Shown: positions 25,863 through 35,753, counted from the first letter of the stretch. The stretch: DNA of 58,020 nt from Rickettsia typhi (GCA_945890035.1 CAMDCJ010000001.1:1-58020); one strand, 5' to 3'. The notes: generated by a model from the letters alone, not told the origin. A program made the numbers and translations.

Positions 25863-26947
25863 GATTCGTTTACTCCGTCCAAAGCCAGCTTAATATTCAT
25901 CGCAATTCTCTCAACGACGGGGATTGCCACTGAATTGCCGAATTGCTTATACAAAGCTGAGTCGACGATTTTTGGCAATTTGTAATTCGCGGGAAAGCCT
26001 TGAAAATTAGCACATTCACGCGGGGTTAATTTTCTAATTCCTTTGTCGTCGAGAATAATCGGAACATTGTGCCCGCCCATGCCCATATTGGCGGTGAGAG
26101 TTGGGCAAGCCGAACTTTTATTTTCACGCACATATTTTCTACGCCATTGATAAAGAGTAAATTTTTTAGTCACATCGGTACTAATCCTTGAAAATAAAGG
26201 CTTGTCATTATAATAGTATTTATCGTCAACTTCTTTTTCGAGACAATCTTGAATGGTTTTTGTCAGAGAAATTTTGTTTGGAAAATTAAATTTTTCAAAG
26301 GAATTTTTATTTTTAAAAGCCACAATATAAATTCTTTCTCTATTTTGTGGAATATTGCCATAATCCAGGGCGTTCATGACTTTATCGCATACAAAATAGC
26401 CAAGATTTTCTAGTTCCGAATAAATAATTTTTATTGTTTCACCATTATCGTGACTTTTTAAATTTTTAACATTTTCAAGTAAAATTACTTGTGGTTTTTT
26501 ATCGGCGAGTATTCTAGTAATATCGAAAAAAACATTGCCCCTACCCTTCTCATCATTGAATCCCTGACGATAGCCAGCAATTGAAAATGGTTGACATGGA
26601 AATCCGCCAGCCAAAATATCGCAAGCAGGAATTTGTTGAGTTTGAATTGATGAAATATCACCAAGAAACATTTCGTGATTTTGATTTTGTAGAGAATTTT
26701 TCGAAGCGAAATTATAATCAAAAGTAATTTTACAATTTTTATCAAAATCGTTAGAGAAAACGCAATCGAATCCAGCATTTTCTAGGGCAATTTTAATGCC
26801 ACCGATGCCTGCAAATAGATCAATAAATGATGGCTTTAGTTTTAAAGAAATATTCTTTTTAATATTTTGCAAAGATTGAAAATTACTAAATAAATCAAGA
26901 TTTTCTTGATGAGTATTTTGGGTTTTAATTTTGGTGTTGGCTTTCAT
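25859..26947 (-). CDS. DNA (cytosine-5)-methyltransferase
   Basis: 362 aa with all canonical C5-MTase motifs: I FIDLFAGIGG, IV GGFPCQPFS, VI LLENVKNL, VIII QNRERIYIV, TRD TLTANMGMGGHN, X QFGNSVAIPV. Overall it is collinear with M.HhaI-type enzymes. The target sequence cannot be inferred. Confidence 0.93.
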   Translation of the reverse strand: MKANTKIKTQNTHQENLDLFSNFQSLQNIKKNISLKLKPSFIDLFAGIGGIKIALENAGFDCVFSNDFDKNCKITFDYNFASKNSLQNQNHEMFLGDISSIQTQQIPACDILAGGFPCQPFSIAGYRQGFNDEKGRGNVFFDITRILADKKPQVILLENVKNLKSHDNGETIKIIYSELENLGYFVCDKVMNALDYGNIPQNRERIYIVAFKNKNSFEKFNFPNKISLTKTIQDCLEKEVDDKYYYNDKPLFSRISTDVTKKFTLYQWRRKYVRENKSSACPTLTANMGMGGHNVPIILDDKGIRKLTPRECANFQGFPANYKLPKIVDSALYKQFGNSVAIPVVERIAMNIKLALDGVNES

Positions 26948-27044
26948 AAATGATTTTTTTATTTAAAGAATTTTGCAATTATAAACTCTAAAAAAATAAT
27001 GCAAATATTTAATTCACAAATTTGTTAACATTCGCGATTCATAA

Positions 27045-27677
27045 TCAAAAAACTTTCTTGTCAAATTTGCAAAATTTTTCGATTTGGCAATTTTTGCAAT
27101 TGGGCTTGCGGGCCTGGCAAATATAGCGTCCGTGTAAAATCATCCAATGATGCGCGTAATATAAAAATTTTTTTGGAATTTTTTTTAACAATGATTTTTC
27201 GGTTTTTTCGGGATTGGTTTCGTCAACAATTCCAAGGCGATTGGCCACGCGAAAAACATGCGTATCGACCGCGATTGTTGGTGCGCCAAACGCACAATTC
27301 AAAACTACATTAGCGGTTTTTTGCCCTACTCCCGCTAGATTTTTGAGCGATTCAAAATCATTCGGCACCTCAGAATTATGCAGTTTTATTAATTGTTCGC
27401 TTAGAATTATAATGTTTTTAGCCTTGCCGTTGTATAGCCCAATCGTTGAAATATATTTTTTCAATTTTTCTTCGCCAAGAGCGAGCATTTTTTGCGGAGT
27501 ATCCGCAACTTTAAAAAGATTTTTTGTGGCCTTGTTAACGCCGATATCAGTGCTTTGAGCCGATAAAACGACAGCCACAAGTAAGGTAAAATTATTAGTA
27601 AATTCCAGCTCAGTTTTAGGTTGCGGATTGTTTTTTTGCCAAATTTCAAAAATTTGATTTATAACTTTTGTAAGCAT
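27045..27677 (-). CDS. nth: Endonuclease III
   Basis: 210 aa with HhH-GPD LAGVGQKTANVVL and the 4Fe-4S cluster motif CQARKPNCKNCQIEKFC. Confidence 0.92.
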   Translation of the reverse strand: MLTKVINQIFEIWQKNNPQPKTELEFTNNFTLLVAVVLSAQSTDIGVNKATKNLFKVADTPQKMLALGEEKLKKYISTIGLYNGKAKNIIILSEQLIKLHNSEVPNDFESLKNLAGVGQKTANVVLNCAFGAPTIAVDTHVFRVANRLGIVDETNPEKTEKSLLKKIPKKFLYYAHHWMILHGRYICQARKPNCKNCQIEKFCKFDKKVF

Positions 27678-27773
27678 TTTTTTATAAAAATTGAAATTTT
27701 GATTTTACAAATAAAATTTTTTTTCTACCTTCAATTTTGTTTTCAACAATTCAAAAAGTTTTTTTATTTTTAC

Positions 27774-29186
27774 ATGAATATTAGCGATATAAAACAACAA
27801 AAGAAAGTTCATTTTATTGGGCTTGGTGGCATCGGTATGAGTGCTTTGGCTTTCATTTTAAGAAAATGGAATGTTGCCGTTCAAGGTTCGGACTTAAAAG
27901 AAAATTATTTAACGCCGAAAATTCGTGAAGCGGGAGCCACATATTTTGTTGGACATGATGAAAAAAATCTTACCGATGACGTGTCTTTAGTGGTTGAAAC
28001 TTCGATTATTAAAAACAACAATCCGGAAATTTTAAAAGCACAAGATCGTAATATTCCAATTTTAACGCGCGCGCAACTTTTGGCGATAATTATGCAAGAA
28101 TACAAAGGTATTACTATCGCGGGAACCCACGGCAAAACTAGCACGACGGGCATGGTTTCGATGATGCTTGAATCAAATAATTTTGATCCAACGATAATAA
28201 ATGGTGGAATAATTCATCATTTTCAAAGTAATTCTAAAATTGGTTCGGGCGAATATTTGGTTGCCGAATCAGATGAATCCGATGCCAGTTTTGTTATTTT
28301 GCCAAGTTTCATTGGAGCCGTCACCAATATTGAGCCAGAGCATCTTGAATTTTCAGGATATGGCGGAAATTTTGAAAAACAAAAAGCCTGTTTTGAAAAA
28401 TATATTACGCAAATTCCACAAAATGGTTTATGCGTTTTGTGCATTGATAGTGAAGAAGTTGCGAAGATTTATAATAAACTTTCATCAACTCATAAAAATT
28501 TAGTAACTTACTCTATCAAGACGCAAGCGGATATTATGGCGAAAAATATTAAAATGGATATTAAAGGTTTAACTTTTGATATTTATTTTAAAAGTGGCGA
28601 AATTATTGAGAATGCTCAAATGCCAATTTATGGCGAACACAATGCTAGTAATGCTTTGGTGGCAGTTGCGATTGCTAAATTTTTAAAATTAGATGCTAAT
28701 CAAATTAAACAAGGTTTAGCAAGTTTTACTGGAGTTAAACAAAGATTCACAAAAGTTGGTGAATTTAATGAGGTTTCAATAATTGACGATTACGGCCATC
28801 ATCCCACCGAGATTTTAGCAACTCTAAAAACCGCTAAAAATTTAGTAAAAAACAATCGACTAATTTGTGTTTTTCAACCGCATAAATATTCGCGAGTTCG
28901 TGATTTGTTTAATGAATTTTGTAATGCTTTTAATGATGCGGATTGTGTAATTGTTTCCGATATTTATTCGGCTTCGCAAGCTCCAATTGAAGGCATCACG
29001 CAAGATGCGCTTATTGCCGGAATTAAAAAAACTGGACATAAAAATGTTATAAAATTAAATCACGAAAGTGATTTGGCTTCAATTTTGAAGACGCAAATTT
29101 CCAAAGGAGATTTGGTTTTATGTACGGGCGCGGGAACAATTAGCTCTTGGGCTTATAAGCTCGAAGAGCAATTAAAAAATTTATAA
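27774..29186 (+). CDS. murC: UDP-N-acetylmuramate--L-alanine ligase
   Basis: The start is set at ATG 27774 (MNISDIKQQKKVHFIGLGGIGMSALA). The P-loop is GTHGKTSTT, and DDYGHHP is present. The ORF-track start at 27621 would add 51 non-homologous residues overlapping nth. Confidence 0.9.
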   Translation: MNISDIKQQKKVHFIGLGGIGMSALAFILRKWNVAVQGSDLKENYLTPKIREAGATYFVGHDEKNLTDDVSLVVETSIIKNNNPEILKAQDRNIPILTRAQLLAIIMQEYKGITIAGTHGKTSTTGMVSMMLESNNFDPTIINGGIIHHFQSNSKIGSGEYLVAESDESDASFVILPSFIGAVTNIEPEHLEFSGYGGNFEKQKACFEKYITQIPQNGLCVLCIDSEEVAKIYNKLSSTHKNLVTYSIKTQADIMAKNIKMDIKGLTFDIYFKSGEIIENAQMPIYGEHNASNALVAVAIAKFLKLDANQIKQGLASFTGVKQRFTKVGEFNEVSIIDDYGHHPTEILATLKTAKNLVKNNRLICVFQPHKYSRVRDLFNEFCNAFNDADCVIVSDIYSASQAPIEGITQDALIAGIKKTGHKNVIKLNHESDLASILKTQISKGDLVLCTGAGTISSWAYKLEEQLKNL

Positions 29187-29187
29187 A

Positions 29188-29619
29188 ATGGATATTGTTA
29201 TCAAAGATTTAGAGACTAAAAATATGATGATGGACGCCTTTCCATTGATTCATCAAATGTATAAGAAGATGGATTATAAAGGCTTTGAAGGCGCTCTCGA
29301 TGAAATGATTTTAAATAATAATTATAAAATGGTTGCCGGTTTTCATGATGAAAAAATGATCGCGATTTCGGGATATTGGATTGCGCGAATGTTATATTGC
29401 GGACGCTATTTGCAAGCCTCTAATTTGGTTGTCGATGAAAATTTTCGTGGGAACGGAGTGGGCAAAAAAATTCTCAATTACTTAGAAAACAAAGCTCGCA
29501 AACTAGGTTGCGATAAAATGGTTCTCGATTCTTATTCTGAAAATAAAAAATCACATTCGCTCTATTTTGGAGAGGATTTTTACATTCGTGGTTTTCATTT
29601 TATGAAAGATTTAACCTAA
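29188..29619 (+). CDS. GNAT family N-acetyltransferase
   Basis: 143 aa with the acetyl-CoA motif VVDENFRGNGVGKKILNYLENKARKLG. Confidence 0.7.
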   Translation: MDIVIKDLETKNMMMDAFPLIHQMYKKMDYKGFEGALDEMILNNNYKMVAGFHDEKMIAISGYWIARMLYCGRYLQASNLVVDENFRGNGVGKKILNYLENKARKLGCDKMVLDSYSENKKSHSLYFGEDFYIRGFHFMKDLT

Positions 29620-29635
29620 AATATTCCTCAAAAAT

Positions 29636-30694
29636 TTATTTTCTAAATAGCAAAGAAGAGTCGCCGTAAGAGTAAAAGCGATATTGTTTTTCAATCGCGT
29701 GGCTGTAAAGTTTAAAGGCATTTTCATAACCAATAAAAGCGCAAATTAACATAAATAAAGTTGACTTTGGAAGATGAAAATTAGTCATCAAAATATCAAC
29801 AATTTTAAAGTCATAAGGTGGATAAATAAAAATTTCAGTAGCACGATTTTGCGGATGCAAAATACCATTCTTATCAACGCTGGATTCAACAGCTCGAAGC
29901 GATGTGGTGCCCACGGCAATAATTTTTTTGCCATTTTTCTTGGCGTTATTTATAATTTCACAATTTTCTTTGGATAGAAAAAATTTTTCGCTATGCATTT
30001 TATGTTCTTTTAAACTTTCGGTGCGAACCGGTAAGAATGTTCCCGCGCCAACATTTAAAGTAAGAAAAACGCATTGAATTTTTTTAGCTTTAATTTTGTT
30101 AAAAATATTTTCATTGAAATGCAAGCCAGCGGTCGGCGCCGCAACGGCTATACCGTCTTGAGCATAGATTGTTTGATAATTTTTTTGATCATTTTGAAAA
30201 TCTTTTTGATTATTTTCATCGCGTTTAATATAAGGTGGAAGTGGCACTGAGCCATATTTTTCAAGCTTTGCCAACAATTCGACTTCATCGCAATTAAATT
30301 TTATTTTTATAAAGCCATCATTATCTTTTTCGATAATTTCACAAAAAAAATCATCACTCAAATCTTGTGAAATTATAACTATATCGCCGACGCGAACTTT
30401 CTTGGCTGGCCTACACAAGGCATTCCAAAGCCCATTTGATTCTTGATCTAGATTAAAATGAATAAGCGCTGAATTGCGAGAAATTTTACCCGTTAATTTT
30501 GCCTTGATTACCTTAACTTGATTAAATATCATTACAGAACCCTCTTCGAAAAAATCAATTAAATCATTGATTTTTTTATCAAGAATTTGATTATTTTGAA
30601 AAACTAACATTGGGGTTTGTTCCTTGTTTTTCAAGGGCTCCTGAGCAATTAAATTCTCAGGTAAATTAAAATTAAAATCTGCAGTTTTAAACAT
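29636..30694 (-). CDS. queA: S-adenosylmethionine:tRNA ribosyltransferase-isomerase
   Basis: The start is set at ATG 30694 (MFKTADFNFNLPENLIAQEP, the typical QueA N-terminus); a TTG at 30706 is the alternative. Also present are GSVPLPPYI, VAAPTAGLHF and AVGTTSLR. Confidence 0.9.
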   Translation of the reverse strand: MFKTADFNFNLPENLIAQEPLKNKEQTPMLVFQNNQILDKKINDLIDFFEEGSVMIFNQVKVIKAKLTGKISRNSALIHFNLDQESNGLWNALCRPAKKVRVGDIVIISQDLSDDFFCEIIEKDNDGFIKIKFNCDEVELLAKLEKYGSVPLPPYIKRDENNQKDFQNDQKNYQTIYAQDGIAVAAPTAGLHFNENIFNKIKAKKIQCVFLTLNVGAGTFLPVRTESLKEHKMHSEKFFLSKENCEIINNAKKNGKKIIAVGTTSLRAVESSVDKNGILHPQNRATEIFIYPPYDFKIVDILMTNFHLPKSTLFMLICAFIGYENAFKLYSHAIEKQYRFYSYGDSSLLFRK

Positions 30695-31448
30695 GGAAAA
30701 TAACAAAACTCATTTTGGTTTCAAGGAAGTCGATCGCGATCAAAAATCTAATTTGGTAAAAAACATTTTTTCAAATGTTGCCAAAAAATATGATTTGATG
30801 AACGATTTAATGAGTGCGGGCACTCATCGACTTTGGAAAAATAACATGATAAACTGTATCGATTTTTTTGACAATATCAAAATAATTGATGTTGCGGGTG
30901 GAACCGGAGATATCGCTTTTCGTATCGCTAAAAAAGCTCAAGAAAAAAGTTTAAATTATCAAATTGAAGTTGTTGATATAAACCCACAAATGCTAGAGGT
31001 TGGGCGCTTAAGGGCTGTTGACATGAATTTATTTTCTCATTTAAATTTTGTTGAAAATGATGGCGAAAATCTAAAATTTGCCGACGAATCTTTTGATGTT
31101 TTTACAATTGCTTTTGGCATTCGTAATTTTACCAATATCGATAAAGGTTTGCGAGAAGCGCATCGTGTTTTGAAAAAAGGTGGAAAATTTATTTGTCTTG
31201 AATTTTCAAAAGTTGAAGATATTTTTTTGCAAAAAATTTACGACACTTATTCTTTCAAAATAATTCCTAAGATTGGTGAATTTATACTTAAAGATCATGA
31301 TTCTTATCAATATTTAGTTGAAAGTATTCGTAAATTTCCTGATCAAAAATCTTTTACAAAACTCATTGAGAATGCGGGTTTTTCAAGGGCTGGTTATCAA
31401 AATTTAACATTCGGAGCTTGTGCGATTCATTGGGGTTTCAAAGAATAA
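30693..31448 (+). CDS. ubiE: Ubiquinone/menaquinone C-methyltransferase
   Basis: 251 aa with YDLMNDLMSAGTHRLWK and the SAM motif DVAGGTGDIA. The C-terminus is ..CAIHWGFK. Confidence 0.9.
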   Translation: MENNKTHFGFKEVDRDQKSNLVKNIFSNVAKKYDLMNDLMSAGTHRLWKNNMINCIDFFDNIKIIDVAGGTGDIAFRIAKKAQEKSLNYQIEVVDINPQMLEVGRLRAVDMNLFSHLNFVENDGENLKFADESFDVFTIAFGIRNFTNIDKGLREAHRVLKKGGKFICLEFSKVEDIFLQKIYDTYSFKIIPKIGEFILKDHDSYQYLVESIRKFPDQKSFTKLIENAGFSRAGYQNLTFGACAIHWGFKE

Positions 31449-31722
31449 ATTTCTTATAATTATACTTTTCTTGCTAAGTTCATGTGCCGGAATTTGTAAT
31501 ATTGAGCAAAAATACACCGAGGAAGCATGGCGACTTTATAATATGCCTTTTACCTATAAAGCTGATTTAAGCCAAGATGAAATTTATAAAATATTTGGGG
31601 GATGTTATAGTTTTGGCGATAAGATTTATATTTCACAAAATATGTTTAAAAAGAAATATATTTTAGTTAAAATGGGCGAACCCTACACCTACGCTGATGA
31701 AGATACTTGGCTTGGTTTTTAA
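31420..31722 (+). CDS. Putative small lipoprotein
   Basis: 100-aa ORF from a GTG start. The signal peptide with lipobox is KNKFLIIILFLLSS-C. No family recognised. The start overlaps the ubiE 3' end by 29 nt. Confidence 0.4.
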   Translation: MRFIGVSKNKFLIIILFLLSSCAGICNIEQKYTEEAWRLYNMPFTYKADLSQDEIYKIFGGCYSFGDKIYISQNMFKKKYILVKMGEPYTYADEDTWLGF

Positions 31723-31804
31723 GAAATAAATTTGTTAACCCAATTTAGCTTTGAGTGATATTTTTTTTATTGGGAATGTTATAATTTGCCGTTTTAAATA
31801 TGGT

Positions 31805-33097
31805 TTATTTATTAAGAAAATTTTTAACCAATTGTAAAATTTCCAAAATATTATCACGAATTTTGGCGTCAAAGCCAATGTTAGTTTTTGCCCATTCTTT
31901 AACCCAAGGTCTTGCCAAATTCCAAATATTTAAATCGGGATCAAGCGATACTCCGACACCCTCAACCAATAATAAAGTTTTTTGTAAAAGCAAAAGTTCG
32001 GGCTTGGTGTCCATCTTATAATTGCGCGATAAATCAATTAGAGCGGTCAATAATTTGGCAATGGAAATATCTTTGATATCAACGCCAACAATCATTTCGC
32101 CAATTTTTCGACAAGATAAAGCTAAATCGTCGATATTAGTTTCTTTCGGAACGAAACCAACATCCACATGTATTTTAGCAACTTTTTGGTAATCGCGATG
32201 CAAAAAACCAATTAGAACCTCGGCAACTGCGATGCGAGTTTTTTTGTCAATCTTGCCCATGATTCCAAAATCAACAACCGCAATGTCGCCATTATGCTTT
32301 AGAAATAGATTTCCGGGGTGCATATCGGCGTGAAAAAAACCATGAACATAAACTTGACGAAAATAACTTAAAACTAAATTTTCGGCTAAAATTTTCTTAT
32401 CAAATTTGCAATTAGCTATGGCTTCGCTATTTGAAAATGGAATGCCATCGATCCATTCGATTACTAAGATTTTTGTTGAAGAATATTGCCAAAAAATTTG
32501 TGGAACATAAAAACCTTTGGTGCCAATCATATCATCGCGCAACTTAGAGCCATTTGCTCCTTCGTGCAGTAAATCAAGTTCATATTTTGCAGTTTGATCG
32601 AGTAAATCACCAACATCTTTAAAGGTTTTTGATAAAAATTTTGAGAAAAGATAGCAAATTTTTGTTAATAATCTAAGAGTTGAAATATCGCGCATCATGG
32701 TTTTGTGGATATTTGGTCGAAGAATTTTTACAGCAACTTCTAAATCGTTATTTAACCTGGCTTTATGGACTTGTGCAATTGACGCTGAGGCGACGGGAGA
32801 AAAATTAAATTCTTTAAAAATTTTATCAAAATCATCGCCAAATTCTTGATGCAAAATATTGGAAACTTTTTTGTGAGAAAATGGCTCTAGGCAATCTTGA
32901 AATTTTGTTAAAGTTAGTGCAACTTGTTTGCCAACTAAATCAGCTCTAACTGATAATAATTGACCAAGTTTTATGAAAGATGGACCGGCAAAATTAAAGA
33001 AAAAATAAATCGCTTTTTCTTTGTTTATTAAGAAAAAAGGTGCGACCAAAATTAAAATAAAAATCAGTCGAATAAGATTTATAAGTGACAAAAACAC
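31805..33097 (-). CDS. ubiB: UbiB/ABC1-family atypical kinase (ubiquinone biosynthesis)
   Basis: 430 aa with GPSFIKLGQLLSVRADL, ASIAQVHKA and the kinase-like HADMHPGNLF and DFGIMG motifs. It is shorter than the ~500-aa UbiB proteins I know. Confidence 0.85.
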   Translation of the reverse strand: MFLSLINLIRLIFILILVAPFFLINKEKAIYFFFNFAGPSFIKLGQLLSVRADLVGKQVALTLTKFQDCLEPFSHKKVSNILHQEFGDDFDKIFKEFNFSPVASASIAQVHKARLNNDLEVAVKILRPNIHKTMMRDISTLRLLTKICYLFSKFLSKTFKDVGDLLDQTAKYELDLLHEGANGSKLRDDMIGTKGFYVPQIFWQYSSTKILVIEWIDGIPFSNSEAIANCKFDKKILAENLVLSYFRQVYVHGFFHADMHPGNLFLKHNGDIAVVDFGIMGKIDKKTRIAVAEVLIGFLHRDYQKVAKIHVDVGFVPKETNIDDLALSCRKIGEMIVGVDIKDISIAKLLTALIDLSRNYKMDTKPELLLLQKTLLLVEGVGVSLDPDLNIWNLARPWVKEWAKTNIGFDAKIRDNILEILQLVKNFLNK

Positions 33098-33105
33098 TAA
33101 ATTAA

Positions 33106-33468
33106 TTATTGCTGTTGAACCGAGTCTTTAATGTTGTTTCCCGCGCCCTCGTTGATAATATTTGGGTCGAGTATTGGAGATTTGGAGGTATCGATTTTAA
33201 TTTTAGACAAATCGACTTCAACCCCAGACCATGATAATAAATTTTTAAGTAATTTTGAAATTATTTCTAAAATGTTTGTCGACATTTCTTGGATGCGACT
33301 TATAACTAGTTTTAAAGCTTGGGCTTCGTTGCTTTTTTGATCAAGTCCGATTATTGTAAGCAACTCATCGATAGTTATTATGTTGAGCACGAGCATCATT
33401 ATCATTAAAGATAAGGCCGTGGAGCTATAAATCATTGCGATTCTGATGTAGCTAAAAGGAGTGATCAT
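33106..33468 (-). CDS. Hypothetical membrane-anchored protein
   Basis: 120-aa ORF with one N-terminal TM segment (ALSLMIMMLVLNIITI). No family recognised. Confidence 0.3.
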   Translation of the reverse strand: MITPFSYIRIAMIYSSTALSLMIMMLVLNIITIDELLTIIGLDQKSNEAQALKLVISRIQEMSTNILEIISKLLKNLLSWSGVEVDLSKIKIDTSKSPILDPNIINEGAGNNIKDSVQQQ

Positions 33469-33549
33469 TATTTTCGAATTTTGTTAATAACAGTTTAAAA
33501 GATAATTTGATATTTCTTTATATTCAAGTGATTTAAAAATATTTTAAAT

Positions 33550-34452
33550 TTATAATAATTTTAAAATTGCTTGTCTAACCGCAACTCCAGCCGACACTTG
33601 CTCTAAAATTAAAGATTTTTTTGGATCATCGGCGAGTTGCGATGAAATTTCGACATCACGATTAATTGGGCCGGGATGCATTATTAAAGCATTATTGGCG
33701 TGTAAAATTTTTTCATGATTTAAGCCGTAAATTTTATAATATTCTGAAAGCGAAGAAATATAAGAGCCGAACATTCTTTCTTGTTGAATTCTTAGCATCA
33801 TTATAACATCAACATCTTTTATGCCTTCGATTAAATTTTCGTAAACTTCAATATTCCATTTTTCTTTAAGCCATTCGCGATATTCTTTTGGAATCAATGT
33901 TGGTGACGTTATAACGCGAATTTCACAATTATATTTCGCGAGAAGTTTAATATTAGATCTTGCGACCCTAGAGTGAAGAACATCCCCGCAAATAGCAATT
34001 TTTAAATTATTTAAAGTTTTTTTATGATTTTTGATAACGAAAGAATCAAGAAGGGCTTGCGATGGATGTTCATTAGTGCCATCTCCCGCATTAATTATTG
34101 AACAATTTATGTGCTTTTTTAATATTTCAATAATACCGCTTGAATTATGTCGGATGGCTACAAAATCAGGTTTCAAAGCATTGATTGTTTGAGCGGTATC
34201 GATGATTGATTCACCTTTTTTTAATGAAGATAATGAAATGTCGACATTGATAACTTTTGCCCCCATTCTTTTGGCGGCAATTTCAAAAGACATTCTAGTT
34301 CGTGTCGAATTTTCGAAAAAAAAGTTAACTAAAATTTTTTCTTGCAAATCATGATGTTGAGTGTGTGGGTCAAGAAAATATTGATTGGCTAAGCGATGAA
34401 TTTCATCGATTTGACTAATGTTTAAATTATCAATTGAAATTAAATCTTTCAT
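33550..34452 (-). CDS. pyrB: Aspartate carbamoyltransferase catalytic subunit
   Basis: 300 aa with ENSTRTRMSFE, HPSQALLD and the LMHPGPINRDVEI motif. Confidence 0.88.
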   Translation of the reverse strand: MKDLISIDNLNISQIDEIHRLANQYFLDPHTQHHDLQEKILVNFFFENSTRTRMSFEIAAKRMGAKVINVDISLSSLKKGESIIDTAQTINALKPDFVAIRHNSSGIIEILKKHINCSIINAGDGTNEHPSQALLDSFVIKNHKKTLNNLKIAICGDVLHSRVARSNIKLLAKYNCEIRVITSPTLIPKEYREWLKEKWNIEVYENLIEGIKDVDVIMMLRIQQERMFGSYISSLSEYYKIYGLNHEKILHANNALIMHPGPINRDVEISSQLADDPKKSLILEQVSAGVAVRQAILKLL

Positions 34453-35381
34453 TTTTTAGCGATGAGATGTTTAAAAATTTCTTCCAAATCGGGTTGTTGG
34501 GTCGAGATGTCTCTAATGTTAATCTTGGCTTCAGAAATTATTTGTAAAATTTTTCCGACCTCGGTTTTATCGGGATCATAAGTAATTGAAATTTTATCTT
34601 CAGCTAAAAATTTTGTCTTTAAATTTGGTAATTTTTCAGTAAAATTAGTGTCAATTTTTTCATTCGCCGACACAATAATTTCTTTGCTCGACAACAATTT
34701 CATTAAATTTTCTTTGCGATCGCAAGCGATCACCTCACCTTTGCTAATTATGGCAATTTCATCGCACAATTCTTCAGCTTCTTCTAAATAATGAGTTGTG
34801 AGTAAAATTGTCGTGCCATTTTGATTGAGTTTTTTTACATAAGTCCACAATTGATTGCGAAGCTCAACATCAACGCCGGCGGTTGGTTCGTCAAGGACTA
34901 ATATTTCTGGATTATGCACCAAAGATTTTGCAACCAATAAACGCCGACGCATTCCACCTGAAAGACTGCGCGGAGTTGATTTTGCTTTATCCTTTAAGCC
35001 CAGAGCTTCAATAATTTCGTCGGTGCGTCTTTTGGCTTTTGGAATGCCAAAATATCCCGCATAAATTTCTAAAGTTTCGTAAACATTAAAAAATGGATCA
35101 ATAATTAATTCTTGGGGAACAATACCAATTTTAAATTTGGTGGCTTTTTGATCTTCGTCGATATCAATTCCGGCAATTTTAACTTGCCCTGAAGTTTTTT
35201 TAACCAAACCCGCTAGAATGTTGATAATCGTGGATTTTCCAGCTCCATTAGGTCCAAGCAATCCAAAGAAAGATCCTTTTTTTATTTTTAAATCTATCGA
35301 TTTTAAAGCGTCTTTTTGTAAAGATTTTTTAGATTTTTGATAAGTTTTTTGGAGATTATTTATCTCAATTGCGTATTCCAT
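34449..35381 (-). CDS. ABC transporter ATP-binding protein (ABC-2/DrrA-like)
   Basis: 310 aa with Walker A GPNGAGKST, signature LSGGMRRRL and Walker B ILVLDEPT. There is no permease gene adjacent. It overlaps pyrB by 4 nt. Confidence 0.85.
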   Translation of the reverse strand: MEYAIEINNLQKTYQKSKKSLQKDALKSIDLKIKKGSFFGLLGPNGAGKSTIINILAGLVKKTSGQVKIAGIDIDEDQKATKFKIGIVPQELIIDPFFNVYETLEIYAGYFGIPKAKRRTDEIIEALGLKDKAKSTPRSLSGGMRRRLLVAKSLVHNPEILVLDEPTAGVDVELRNQLWTYVKKLNQNGTTILLTTHYLEEAEELCDEIAIISKGEVIACDRKENLMKLLSSKEIIVSANEKIDTNFTEKLPNLKTKFLAEDKISITYDPDKTEVGKILQIISEAKINIRDISTQQPDLEEIFKHLIAKK

Positions 35382-35432
35382 TTTAATCTAAATGATTTTT
35401 TATTTTCTTAAATTTCAAAAAATTTAAAAGTT

Positions 35433-35753
35433 TTAAACTATTTTTTTATCTTTTAGTAATTCTTGCAATTCTTGAGCTTGAAACATTTCCTTAACTATGT
35501 CGCAACCACCAACAAACTCGCCATCTACATAGAGTTGTGGGATAGTTGGCCAATCAGAAAATTCCTTAATACCTTCGCGAATTTCTGGATTAGTCAAAAC
35601 ATTTATATCGACAAAATTAACATTTAAGTTTTTTAGGATTTGTACGACGGTGGCAGAAAATCCGCATTGCGGAAAATCTTTAGTGCCCTTCATGTAAAGA
35701 ACAACTTTATTGTCCTCGATAGTTTTTTTAATTTCTTCAAAAGTAGTATCCAT
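35433..35753 (-). CDS. grxD: Monothiol glutaredoxin (Grx4 family)
   Basis: 106 aa with the CGFS active site (PQCGFS), WPTIPQLYV and GGCDI. Confidence 0.9.
   Translation of the reverse strand: MDTTFEEIKKTIEDNKVVLYMKGTKDFPQCGFSATVVQILKNLNVNFVDINVLTNPEIREGIKEFSDWPTIPQLYVDGEFVGGCDIVKEMFQAQELQELLKDKKIV

Noticed and set aside
27621-27773. 51-codon N-terminal extension of the murC ORF in the track
   Set aside because: The extension is Phe/Ile/Lys-rich and non-homologous, and it overlaps the nth start. The conserved MurC N-terminus (..VHFIGLGGIGMS) begins right after the ATG at 27774.
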